Shown here: piece by piece, positions 24,689 to 37,142 of the stretch | Position numbering within the stretch: position 1 is the stretch's first letter | Layout of the letters: every line of letters begins with the position of its first letter | From: Podarcis tiliguerta | Taxonomy: Eukaryota | Direction: 5' to 3' (one strand) | Length of the DNA: 64,000 bases | Assembly: GCA_965153285.1 (NCBI GenBank) | Contig: OZ229112.1 | Position numbers and translations under genes: made by a program | The notes under the pieces: generated by a model | What the model was told of the DNA's origin: nothing | Database searches by the model: none | Seen by the model: the letters and a program-made list of their open reading frames with translations, nothing else

Positions 24689-25112
24689 GGGCCTTAGGGA
24701 AAGGCAATCAATGTGGCATACAGGGTGGAAGCTGCAGCAAACAAGGTATCAGTGCAGAAGGCAGGCCCTGCTTGCATGGCCAGCAGTACCTTCCACTTGC
24801 ACTAAGGCTCTATTGAATGGAACACACCCAAGGAAACTATAAGATCACTCTGTTGCTCTTAATTAACTTTTGAATTGAGCAGCGGCTGCCTGTTCTTTAT
24901 TGAGCATTCTTTATGGCAGGTTCCTACTTCATGAGATGCATGGACAGTGGCAATTTTCTATCCAGCAGTGAGTGTTCATCATGAATTGCTTGCACAAAGA
25001 TTATATATGTTTCCTGGCAATCAACTGTTTCCTGGCAATCAACTGTTTTCAGTGCATTTCACCATTCTAACTGCAAAAAAATCATTTCCTCTTCTTTTAA
25101 GAGGATTCATTG

Positions 25113-25732
25113 CATACCCTCAACATTTCTCCGATGAAAATAGGGATGTCCTATTCCATAACAACATCAACAGTTTTAGTATTTATACCCCACTCATCCA
25201 ACTGAGTAGCTACCAGCAACTACCACTCTGGGTGGCTTCCAACAAATATAAAAACATAATAAAACATTAAACATTAAAAACTTCCCTATACAGGGATGCC
25301 TTCTAAAGGTTGTACAGTGGTACCTTGGGTTACAGACGCTTCAGGTTACATACGCTTCAGGTTACAGACTCCACTAACCCAGAAATAGTATCTCAGGTTA
25401 AGAACTTTGCATCAGGATGAGAACGGAAATCGTGTTTCAGTGGCACGGCGGCAGCGGGAGGCCCCATTAGCTAAAGTGGTGCTTCAGGTTAAGAACAGTT
25501 TCAGGTTAAGAACAGACCTCCAGAATGAATTAAGTTCTTAACCCGAGGTACCATTGTATAGATATTTATCTCCTTGGCTCAGGGGTCACATCTCCTTACC
25601 CTCTGACATTTCCCTGATGAAAATAGGGACTTCCTAAGGAAAAGTGGGACATTCCACGATCAAATAAAAAACCAGGATAGCTTCTGAAAATCCACGTCTG
25701 TCCCTGGAAAATAGGGACACTTGGAGGGACTG
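25113..25732. mobile_element. Composite non-autonomous DNA transposon with 6-bp TSD
   Basis: Termini CATACCCTCAAC / CTTGGAGGGACTG; TCATTG on both flanks; repeated aaaatagggac motifs; carries an L2-type tail fragment and a nested MITE. Confidence 0.65.
25315..25556. mobile_element. Tigger/pogo-like MITE, family B, copy 2
   Basis: CAGTGGTACC / GGTACCATTG, TA TSD, 242 bp, opposite orientation to copy 1. Confidence 0.92.
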
Positions 25733-26679
25733 TCATTGTGCCAGAACACTTTAATGCGCTCTAATTGAGCAGACCTAAATTTCTGATATGTGATTCCATA
25801 ACTCCTGCAAGATACTGAGAGAGGTGATCTAGATAAATATGTCTCACTTTCAAGGCCTAAGCCCTCCCAAAGTGACTGACAATAGGACACTATATATATT
25901 GAAAGGAATAAAAATCCAGCAGAAAACTAAAATACATACATATGCCCATATTGATTGACCTATGTAAGCTGTCTACTCTTTCATGTACAGTGTATGTTCA
26001 GTTTTCAAAACCCAGAAACAAGTATTTATTTCTTCCACTGTGAGAGAGAAGGAGAGATAGAAAAATGGTCACTGCATCCCATCAAGCAGGGACTTGCCAT
26101 AAAAACCCCATGGCCCAATGTTTTTGTTGATTTTTAAGGCAAATACTGGTAAGTTAATTCTGATGCTGATAGCAAACTCCCAAAATTATCAGCATATTAA
26201 TTACAGGAGTTTCTTCAATGGCAAAGGTTGTAATCCACAAAGTCCACTATTTCTTCCTAGCAGCAGTTCCCATGTCAAACTAGACACCAATAATGAGAAA
26301 ACATGCACTGCTGGGGGGGAAATGCACCGAAAAGAACAAAATGTTACACCAGCCCTTTGATATTTTAACGGAATGGTGTGGAAGAACATATTGTCATCTA
26401 CCGCAAGCTCCAACATGTCTATGAAGGAGGTTCCATTTCCGTCCTGAGCTGCTGCTCTGCCTGATGCAGATATGTTATGAACAAATGGTGCAGTAGGTGG
26501 GTGTTGCGTATATTTATGCATACACAAAAGACAGGTACAATTTGACACTGCAGTTCTGTTGTCCACAGAGACAATCTGCGCTTGCAAGCTAAGAACTACT
26601 TATTAACACTGAGGGGAAAATGTAACGCCGCCTACACAGATCGTTTTCAAGTCAGATTTCCATATACTATGCCTCATTT

Positions 26680-27020
26680 ATTTACTTATATATTACAGTT
26701 CCACCCAGCCTATTTGTAAAACAAAACAAAACAACAACAACAACAAAACCCCTCGGTATGGCATATAGTTGGGGGGAAAAGAAACAATTTTAATAATTAG
26801 CAATTTAGAATACATTAAAAAACCAGCATTCAAAATGAATATCCCAATTAAAAACTAATTCAAGATATGTATCTCACAGCTTTCATTCATCTTATAAAAC
26901 CTTCATATACAAAAACATGTTGCAGCGTCGGAGGGGAGGAATCTGCATAATTGGGCTCTGGTAGAAGTATGTCTCTTGGAAAGGAGTTCCATAATTGTGA
27001 GACCAGCACAATGATCACCG
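26680..27020 (-). mobile_element. Decayed L2 LINE 3' remnant
   Basis: Minus-strand peptide QLWNSFPRDI (L2-type LWNSLP motif) followed by an AT-rich tail. Confidence 0.45.
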
Positions 27021-27686
27021 TAATACTCGTTGATTTGTACTCCAGTGCACAGAGGATACATTTAACCAGTATCAGATGAGGAGCCACCACATTATCACTA
27101 ATTGGAGCTTATTGAATGCTCTTTCTCAGTAATACAACAATGATATTCTTGGGTGGCCTAGTTCACCATGAAGAACAGAAGGGGGTGTATCTATCCTCCC
27201 TACCCTCACAATACATGGGGACAATATGTCCAAACTCAACCTCTGTGCATAAAATCAAATGTGTAAAGACCTCAACTGTATAGTTGATTCCCCAGAAAAT
27301 GCCTGGAGAATTTATCATGAAGTTGAGGCCCATGTATATTTGACACTGGTTGCATAGGCAGAGCTTGGATATGTCACCCCCAAATTACTACCAATACTAA
27401 TACCAATACTACGAGTATTATTGCTTGGTGCCTTGGTAGCTATACTATGGGATTCCACAGGACTCTGTTTATTCCCTCAGGTTGTTTAACAGGTTGTTGC
27501 TTAGATGCACACCAAGGTGTCATCAATACACAGAAGGCACCTTAAGCTCTATCTCCCTTTTTCATTAATTCCAGGTGGATGCTCTAATCAGTGCTTGGAC
27601 ACAAGAGTGAACTGAATTAACTTTTTGAATGGTTCAGAGAAGTGTTAATGAGCAGTATAGAAATGTCGCAAATAAATTAATAAATA

Positions 27687-27819
27687 CATGTGACTCTTAA
27701 TCTCAGGGTCCTGGGTTCGAGACCCGTTTTGAGCAAAAGATATCTGCATTGCAGGAGGTTGGGCTAGATGACCCTTGTGGTCCCTTCCAACTCTACAATT
27801 TTGCGATTTTATGATTCTA
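27687..27819 (+). mobile_element. 5'-truncated SINE with a tRNA-Lys(CTT)-derived head and CR1-type tail
   Basis: catgtgactcttaatctcagggtcctgggttcgagaccc matches the anticodon and T arms of tRNA-Lys-CTT; tail gatgacccttgtggtcccttccaactctacaatt...tatgattcta. Confidence 0.75.
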
Positions 27820-28015
27820 CAGCAGAGAAGTGGTCCAGCCCATAGAGTAGGTTCTACTTTGTTGGTTCTGTAAACAAATGGAATTACATGGATCACAGAA
27901 AAAACAAAAAATGAAACCAGTCTGTTTGTGTGAATTTGGCCTTACTGGTAGAGAAAGAACCTCATTTGTTCCATCACTTTAACACAAACTGTTCACTTTC
28001 TGAAATAATGCGTAA

Positions 28016-28153
28016 GATCCTTCTCAAATCTGGTGCCCTCCAGATCTTGCTGGACTCCAACTCCCAACATTTCTGACTGCTGATCTCGCTGGCTAGGGCT
28101 GGTGGTGAGAAAGACTGGCATCATCTGAAGGGTATGAGGCTGGGGGCAGGCTG
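28016..28153. mobile_element. Decayed fold-back MITE (family C-like)
   Basis: gtgccctccagat...ggactccaactccc ... catctgaagggta...ggctg. Confidence 0.55.
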
Positions 28154-30534
28154 ATGTAGAATAACTGGGCAGAACTCTTAACCATTTTTTTTTCTAATTT
28201 TGGAAACAAGCTGCTGAAGATCCTGACAACAGTGACCTACTTTAACGGCAATCAGTGGCACACACACAGTTGTCATGCTCTGATGATAAGCTAAAAAGGT
28301 GCAATCTTTTCCTCCCAATACCCAAGCACCACCCTCCACAACAACTAAGAGAGAAAATCATTAGTGCTATATGACTTCATACCACAAAAAGCTCTTTAAT
28401 GCTGAATGAGTCTTGCTTCTACTGCTGCAAGTCATGGCAGAAAATAGCTGGCATTAGTGCTTGTCTTTCAAGCAGAGCATGTTTCTAAATACAAGGTGAA
28501 CCAAAAGATGATTCTTGAGCCATAATATTCCTATGAGAAAGATGCTTTGTAAAACTTGCACAGTAAAAGAAGACTCAAGCAGCAATTCCTGGTCACTAAA
28601 TTTCTCTCAGCAGGATTGATGCAGACTTCTGTGTCGCACAGCAGACCAAAATCTTTGGTTAGCCATTCAAAGCCATGTTTACTGAGACCAATTGTTTGGA
28701 ACACATATGACAGTCACACATTTAAGATGTAACTGAAACTCTCTCTCCCCACCTCTAACGTTAATGGATTGGAGCCAGACTTCCCGTGAGCAAAATTCCA
28801 CCCAGGAGATTCTTCTGCTGGAGATGTGGGGGTGGAGTGCCAAGTCCTCCTCCCTACAGTCCCTGCATCCATGGAAAAGCTGCTCTCTGGAACAATGTGA
28901 GAGGCAGCACTGGGAGTTCAGTGGGACAAGGAAGCCAGCAGAAATCACATCTCTCTCCTCCATTGGGGAGAATCTGCTAGATCTCACTCATTTGGGCGAG
29001 TGGAAGAAACCTTTCCTTCTGAAGACTGGCAAGTCTGAATCTAACCCAAGGTTTGTAGAATCTGAAATGTTCTGATGCACCCTGATAAAACATTAACCAT
29101 ATGAGGTGTGCAGTTGACTTGGTTATGGCAATGTTCTGTACCCAAGCCAACACTGAATTTATGGTAGTTCAAAATGGTAGCTCAATACCACCCATCGTGA
29201 ATTTTAGACTTGAATTCCCTGTTTGTAGGCAGCCAAGAAAATTGCTCAAATCAGTGGGGTGGTGGTGGTGGTATGAATTGCAACACTTGTGGCCTGTAAT
29301 TTGTGTTTGTGTGTGTGTGTATTCTTAGCTACACTTAAATAAATGAAGCCTATTTCTGAGTCAACATGCTTCCATTGTCTTGATAGTATTTTCCAACTGT
29401 TGGGTGCAAGTATGTATAGAAGCACAACTGTTCTACACAATCATTAGCCTGAATTCATGTTAAAAATAATGATATGCCAGATGAAGAAAGGGGGGAGGGA
29501 GATTGCTCAGCATAAATGCTTACAAGCAAGGGATGTGCTTTAGCAAAAGCTTTCATAAAATGTTTTGAAACTATTTTTATCTTCAATCTCATGAGTGAGC
29601 TTAATATCTCAGCCTGGGTGCATTGAATAATATCTGCTGGTAGTTCATTCACTTGACACACTTTTCAGACTAACTGTTTCACTTCTGCAGATCTCAGGGC
29701 AGTGCCTTGATCACAGTGAGGTTGGTCATGTGTGTCCTTCAAATATATTTTTTCAGAGCCACAGTTCAAAAGCAAAAAGAACAAAGAAACATCTTAAAGC
29801 AGTATTGGGAGAAAGGAATTACATTTATGTCCTTCTATCCCACAGCACATTCTGTCCAGTGCTTTATGTTTTTTTTAAGTCATATTATTTTCAGGCCCCT
29901 GCAGTGGTGTCACAGATTTGAAAGGGTCTCTCTGGAAAATGAAAGATAAGGGTGTTTGGTTTTTTTAAGTGAAAGGGATGGTTTCAGTGACATGGGATTA
30001 GAAGTAAACTTTCTTTCTTCCCCTTCCTTCCAATCACCGAATAGATAACAAAACACCTATCAAGTACAACAGCAATAAATAGCTAATCTGTGTTTATGTA
30101 TGTTATTTATGTTTCCCTAAGACTTTACTTTTACTTGGTTATGTAGGTTGTGGCATTGTATAAATGGAATGAAAAATTGCCTGAAGCTGCTTCATTTATA
30201 ACTCAGGGTGTAATCACTTTCGGTAAGTGGAATTGCTCGGAATGGAAGCACAGATGAAGGAACCGAAATAAAAACAGAGTGTTTTATTGGGTACTCCATG
30301 ATAAGGCCTTATAATTTTAGGATGAAAAGAACTAAGGTGAGAAATCAGAAGTAAAATAAGTTAAACGTTTTTAGTAACTTAAATCCACGGAGCATAGATT
30401 TTTCTTTTTTCTTTTGCTAAGGTGCAGAAGTGAAGGTGGCCACATAGACTTCCTATTATTATGTAGCAGTTTCTAGCCAACATGAAAACAAGCCCATACT
30501 GCTGAAATAATTAGTCCCTTGTTGGGGACAGATA

Positions 30535-30776
30535 CAGTGGTACCTCGAGTTAAGTACTTAATTCGTTCCAGAGGTCTGTACTTAACCCGAAACTGTTCTT
30601 AACCTGAAGCACCACTTTAGCTAATGGGGCCTCCTGCTGCTGCCATGCCGCCGGAGCCCAATTTCTGTTCTTATCCTGAAGCAAAGTTCTTAACCTGAAG
30701 CACTATTTCTGGCTTAGTGGAGTGTGTAACCTGAAGCGTATGTAACCTGAAGTGTATGTAACCCGAGGTACCACGG
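30535..30776. mobile_element. Tigger/pogo-like MITE, family B, copy 3
   Basis: CAGTGGTACCTCG / CGAGGTACCACGG, TA TSD, 242 bp. Confidence 0.92.
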
Positions 30777-33315
30777 TATAAGTTATCGCTGGCAGTTAAG
30801 ATTATTGCTGAAGAGGAGCAGTAGTAGTATCAAATGATGGTGTACAGAAGGAGGAAGACTATCTGGAGTCAAATGAAAGAAGCATATCTTCCCTTGGTGG
30901 GAAGGAAACACAGAGATGAAATGTGGAGAATAGAGAAACAACGGACTTTGAACTTTCTCTTCCTTTCCCTACAGAACCAGTTACTAGACAATGTAGACCC
31001 AAATTTAGAACTGGGCTGTTGTGATAGACTCAGATGGACAGGCACTGTTTGGATGTGAAACTTTATAAAGGTTAATGGATGGAAAACTCAAGCAGGCACA
31101 GATCCAGAAAGTGATGCATTATCTCTCAGCTGAAGTGAGATATATTTTATTTATCCAGTTTCTGCCTTCGAAAATGTTAGCTTCCCTTTTAGAGACCAGC
31201 ATTAGGTTGACTGATGAAGACTGATAAGCATGCCCCTAAGTGCATGATCCAGGAATGACTCAGCTTGGCCTAGAGTCTACTGGACTTGCTTAGATATCTA
31301 ATGCGGCTTGATATAATACAGTCTTGGCAACATACTTTTGACTAAGCACATACACTCCAACAGGCCTTGGGGAATGTGCAAATCTATAGAGGATTTTGTA
31401 CAAAATCTCCCTTCACCTCCACAACCACCTATATGCACCACTCATAGCAGAGGGAAACTGAGCAACAGATAAATGGATACTGAAGCAACACTTTCTTTCT
31501 GCTGTTCCTCAGCTGATATGAAGGAGGGGATCCCATGTCAACAATAGGCTGCATGTGGCCTGTGGGCTCACCTCTCAATGAGTCAAGGGATGAAGGCAGT
31601 AGCAGCCAATGTGGCAGATCACTACCTCCCAACACCTCTATTGCTTCAGCTTACGTGTATGATGCTAGGTTAGGGCAGCACTGGGGTGATGTTGGGACTG
31701 TGCTAACGCATAGGTGGAAGTTCTGGATAAGTTCTGTGAGTACATCTGAGCAGCCCAATCTTGATAGCCTGTGCTGATGAATTCAGATCTAGGAAACCTG
31801 AGCAACACCGATGATGGAAGGCTGGATGACTGTGTGGTGGGGTAGCACCACAGTAGCTGTGGAGAATGTGATATTGGTTGGAGAATACACAAAATGCATT
31901 TGAGATTTGTACATTTCCCAAAACCTCCTGGAGAGTACTCAGTGGGCCAGAGATTCAGCTAAGTTGTCGCACTAGTAGAAGCCAGTGCAACAAGTTCCAC
32001 TAGCACAATAACCCTTTCCTTCCCCACCCCACTGTGATCTCCTTGGGATGGTCAGGAGAACCCTCAGAACAGCACTTGGGGGAGGAGAAGGAAAACCATC
32101 CCCCAGTGCAAGTAGACTCATTGCGCTACATTGCATTTCACCCAATAGGCTTAGAAAACCCAATGCTAACCCTAAACAATGCAAAGAACTCCATTATACA
32201 TCCAGTTACATCACATGAGGTCTTTCATCAATTCCTCTTAGGCTGCCAACCCTACATTCTATGCAAGACCAGGCCTGGAGCAAGTCAAAAGAGATTTACA
32301 GCAACACTGTTCAGATTATCATGCTTGGATAAATTCAAGATTTAAATTGTTATAAAGCAAGCTGTTCACTCTGTTGTTGTGACTATGTATTCAATCCCCA
32401 TAATAATTACAGCAATGTATCAGCACAGGCCACATACCAAATACCCCCCTCCCCCCTTTTTGTGTTGATATGATATGATATACCTTCAGGAATAACCAAG
32501 CCCCCAAGAACTCCCACCCCCTGTTTTGTTATGGTTTTCTCAGGGTAAACTTACCTTCCTCAAAAAACTTTAAGGCAAGTTTTGTATATCATTCTAAGAA
32601 TAGCTCCTCAGAAAGTGGCCTTGGGCAGTATTGTCTCTTGGAGAGTGTGATGTCTTTTCTCTTTGACACCCAACATTATTATTTATTTATTATTTTTACC
32701 TACAAAAAATATTTGCCTGCGGACAATTACATGCATGCACCTGTGTCCTTCGCTGAGAAGAGTCTCCTTCGTGGGTCCATGTGAGTTCTGCATCCCTCAT
32801 TCTAATCTGTCTTCTTTGAGCAAGACATTTGTTAACACTGCGGTCACTGTAATCATGACAGACCACTGCAATGGCAACATGTGCACAGAGGTGCCTTTTC
32901 AATGTCCTCAATCTCCGGCAAGCCCCAAATAACATCATCCCACATGTCAGGTTTTAAATTACCATTTTCTGCTATCAAATTTAACAGATCTCATATAGTA
33001 GCAGCAAATGTGCCATTTCATGTTTTGTGGAAACAAGATTATCAGCAAGGTTGAATGGTTTGACTCTTGGATATACTAAAAGATTAAATTGCAAAAGGCA
33101 ACCTATTGTAAGCACATTTATTTTGGATATACTTGAGCTCTCATAACATCACTATAGTTTCTTATTATCGACAATGGCTAAGTAGTGGCTCCTTTTTAAA
33201 GCAATCTTCATCTTTGTGTGGATACATAGGGTTGTGTGTGTGTGTTTTTTAGAAGTTGCATAGATACTTTCTTTTCTGTTTCTATTAAGTGCAAATACTA
33301 CAACAACTCCCACTA

Positions 33316-33557
33316 CAGTGGTACCTCGGGTTACAGACACTTTAGGTTACAGACGCTTCAGGTTACAGATTCCGCTAACCCAGAAATAGTACCTCAGGTT
33401 AAGAACTTCTCTTCAGGATAAGAACAGAAATTGCGCAGCAGAGGCGTGGTGGCAGCAGGAGGCCCCATTAGCTAAAGTGGTACCTCAGGTTAAGAACAGT
33501 TTCAGGTTAAGAATGGACCTCTAGAACGAATTAGGTTCTTAACCCGAGGTACCACTG
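33316..33557. mobile_element. Tigger/pogo-like MITE, family B, copy 4
   Basis: Perfect TIR CAGTGGTACCTCGGGTTA / TAACCCGAGGTACCACTG, 242 bp; left flank TA, right flank CA. Confidence 0.92.
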
Positions 33558-34089
33558 CACTTCCACCACTACCACCACTCCAACGTTGCATTAGCCTCTG
33601 GGTCCAGACCCAAAGAAGATGGAAGCACACTTAGTTGTGTGGGTGGTATAACAATGTTGCTTCTCTGTCTCCCCTGATATGATAGTGAAAAAGCGGCCTG
33701 GAAAGAACCTATGGACTATCTATTGCAGTAAGGCGACTTTTGGTAACAGGAGAAGAAGAAACAATTGCAGCTGTGTCTGAAACAAATGGCTCATTGGAAG
33801 TATTCAAAACCAGACAAACATCCATGGGCGAGTTTCTACTATACTCTGCCATACAAGGAGTACTTTGCCTCTTGATAGCAAAAACATCTCCTGGCTCTCT
33901 GGAGCTGTGGTTTGAGGAAAGAAATCTATGAGCTTGCCATTGCGCATGGAGTAGCAACCGGAATCATTTGATCTAGGCTAAAACCACACATTACTGCTCC
34001 ACTGATTCCCCCACTTCCCCAATGATGCAGATACTTAGGACTGCAGGCATACTTCGCTTTACTGCACTTCACAGATATAGCTCCTTACG

Positions 34090-34125
34090 GGGATGCAGCT
34101 GCACCTGCAAGCAGCGCAGCTGCTT
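34090..34125. promoter_or_regulatory. Candidate bHLH E-box cluster
   Basis: GCAGCTGCACCTGC...GCAGCTGC: E-boxes at 34096, 34102 and 34117 in unique sequence; function not shown. Confidence 0.3.
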
Positions 34126-35774
34126 CTCGGGGAAGGAAGTCCCACTGCCCCTCTTCTGGCCATGGAAGTGTATTTCCCTATAGGTGTTCAGCCTTAGATA
34201 TTGTGAACTGAGTCTAATTTTTCCTCTGCATTTCCAATTTCTTTTGGCCACATTCTATTATTGATCATACTTCCCAGCAATCAGCTATTACCTAAGGTAA
34301 AAAATCATTAATATGCTGTTTATGTTCTTTTTGAGGTCATTAACAGAGATATTAAATAACTTCCTGTCTTGGCAATCATCTCTGAGCCATCCCTTTCAAT
34401 GCCTCCTCTCAACCTTGTACGGTGTTTATTATTTCTGTAGAGTCTTTTAATCTCATTTTTCCGTGAGCACGATCACAAATAATGCCAATTATAATATGCA
34501 ATTGAAGATCTGAAAGGATAGTGAACCAATTGCTGCATAGAAACCCCAAATATATTATGTATGCATTATTCCACACATCCATTAATTTTGCAGTTGCATT
34601 CAAAAAGTAATCAAAACTGCACGATGAGGGTTTTTTTTAAAAAAACAAACCCTGTTGCCTACAATTATGTGAACCTTGAGGTAGGAAATTTAAGCCTGCA
34701 ATCCTATTCAGCTCCTTGTGAGTAAACACTATCCATGTCACCTAGTGCTAGAGGAGAATTTTGTTTGGTCCACAGTTATTAAGAGAGTTGACTCAGTTCA
34801 CACCCTCTGAAGTAATACAGTTTGGAACAATTATCAGATTTCACACTTCTATAAATTTTGTGACACAGTTCTTGGCTGAAAGAAGCACCAAAATGCATAT
34901 AAAAACAACATTTTAGGATAAAATGCATTTAGAGATGCATACATTTAGATGACACACATATTGAAATACAATCTTGGTATGGAATTAAAAAATATATATT
35001 ATAAGATTCAGGCAGAATCGGGACCAAACAGACTTAAAAGGAGCACATGTGAAGTTGACATGGACTAGAAACTGTCTGATTTGCTCATATCTAATCCCAT
35101 TCCATATATATAGGATGCATGTTGGCTGAAAATGTCATTTTCAAATGTAAGATTTTGCAGCTTTTTTAAAAAATACAATATTCTGATTTTCTTCAGTGAA
35201 CCAAGTCTTTTCAAAACCAATTAGCAGTGGCTATAGCCAAGTAAATATGCAAGAACCTAGAACATATTTCATCCAGACATAATCAGGTACATCTGTATTA
35301 CATGCACCTTAACTGGCTGAAAATATGTTTTGCAGACTTTTCTCTTTTTCAGCTGCAGTACTGCTACGAATCTGACCCCTAGGGCTTGCCAACAAAGTAT
35401 TTTGAGCACTGGTATCCAAATTTAATTTGAACACATTTGTAAAATGAGGTCAGCATCTCAGCTGCAAAGAGCAATTATTTATTTCTTCTTCTTCTGCTAC
35501 TTAATGGAGCAGCTTTCTTCCCAATATTGTTTTCTCTCTCTCGAATCGGTTTAAAAGTCACATTTGATTAAAAATTATGTTTTTGGAAGAAGGCATCTAA
35601 AATAATTCCATCCTCTAAATTTTGAGATTACCTGTAACTGCTAAATTTCCAAAACAATTAGCACATAATACACCAACACTCCCATGTTGTATATGTATAT
35701 TCGTATATATGTATATACATTTATCATGTATTTATGTATGTATATGTGTATGGGGTGTTAGGGGAGAGGTAGTA

Positions 35775-36452
35775 CCTCTTGTGGGGGCATGTCATGCTCT
35801 TGTGGGGTAGTTTGTCCACCTTTGGTCCCCACCCTGCACTCAGCTCTCACCTGTGGTTCCTAGAAGATGTCAGCATGTGACAGCAAATACAAGCTGGGAA
35901 TGGCTTTGACTGGCCAGCTAAACCAGGTGAAGGTAGCTGATGGGTCTCTAACCCTTGCTGAATTATGGACTTTCCCTGCATGCGAAAACAGGCTCCAGTG
36001 GATTGGTCTCCAGACAAGACCAACAGTGGGTTCAACAAGGCAGTTTCTGCACAAGTTGTAGAGGGAAGTGAGGGTCAGATGGGGCCTGTCAGCATTCCCA
36101 TATAGAACAAGGAAAATTCTGATCCTAAACCTTCACTGCTTTGCGAGATATCCTTGGGAGAAGGAAAGGCTAAGGAGTAAACTTGAGACAAATCTGGAGT
36201 GAAGTCCCTAAGATGGTTGGATGGCGCCCTTGAACGCCTCCTTCCAGAAACTCCTTCCTGCAGCCAAGCTGGTGCAAAACGTACTGCTCTGCTTTCCTTC
36301 AAACTACATCAGTGAGGCCAAGAGGGAGGCAGCCCAAGACCTCCACACACACTGCCCAGGCTTGCACACATTGGAAGGTCACATTGGTGCTGCTAGCACA
36401 GCAGTTTGACTTCACCCCTGAGATGTACTCCATTGTCTCTCAAACATGACTG
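35775..36452 (+). mobile_element. Non-autonomous RTE-clade element (mostly 5' UTR plus 3' end)
   Basis: Motifs I recall from RTE 5' UTRs (gaaaattctgatcctaaacc, ggagtaaac...aaatctggagtgaagtccct) and end ttcacccctg...actccattgtctctc; no ORF. Confidence 0.5.
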
Positions 36453-36705
36453 ACCAGTGCTTTTTTCAGGGGGGATGCAGGGGTATGCATACCCCTAAAC
36501 ATTTTGTGAATCCGAGTTTGGCCTCATTGAAAGGCAGTATTTCAATATGAGTAGGGAAACGAGAATATGCATTGGCAAAATTGATGTGGCCTGATCTTCT
36601 GAGCTGCTGCCCTGAGGAAGTAGGAGGCATGCACTTCTGCAACATCATTCTGAGGATGTGGTTTGCATGGCAGAGGTTTTTCAAGAAATGTGCCACCCTA
36701 GTTTA

Positions 36706-36880
36706 AGAACATAGGAAGAGCCCTTTTGAATCAGACTAAAGGCTGATTCAACCAGATATCTATGGGAAGCCTATGAGTAAGACATGAGGAAAATGCCTCC
36801 ACCCTCCCCATTATTTCACATACAAACTGAAGTTTGTATGTAGCCAACATGAATACTAGTCACTGAATTTTGTCTCAGAG
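36706..36880 (-). mobile_element. CR1 3' tail remnant
   Basis: aagaacataggaagagcccttttgaatcagactaaaggc is the reverse complement of a CR1 tail. Confidence 0.55.
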
Positions 36881-36959
36881 TAGAATGCATTCCTTATATG
36901 GACCACACAACATGCTTTGATACCATCTTTCTTTCCAGATCAATTCCCTCTACTGTTAG

Positions 36960-37142
36960 GGAATTCTGCTTCTTAACACCAGTTGCTGATAACCACAGGA
37001 GGGCAGAGTGCTCTTGTTCTTGGATGCTGTTTGTGGGCTTCCCATAAGCATCTGGTTGGCCACTGTCAGTACAGAATGCTGGACCAGATGAGCTGTTGGC
37101 CATTGGCCTGGTCCAGCAGGCTCTTGTTATATTCCTATACGT
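36960..37142 (+). mobile_element. CR1 3' UTR remnant
   Basis: catctggttggccactgtcagtacagaatgctggaccagatg...tggcctggtccagcaggctcttgttatattcct. Confidence 0.7.

Noticed and set aside
27687-27735. Functional tRNA-Lys gene
   Set aside because: The 5' acceptor and D arms are missing and it is fused to a CR1 tail. Other tRNA-like heads (4041, 7418, 49312, 56041) are also SINE heads.
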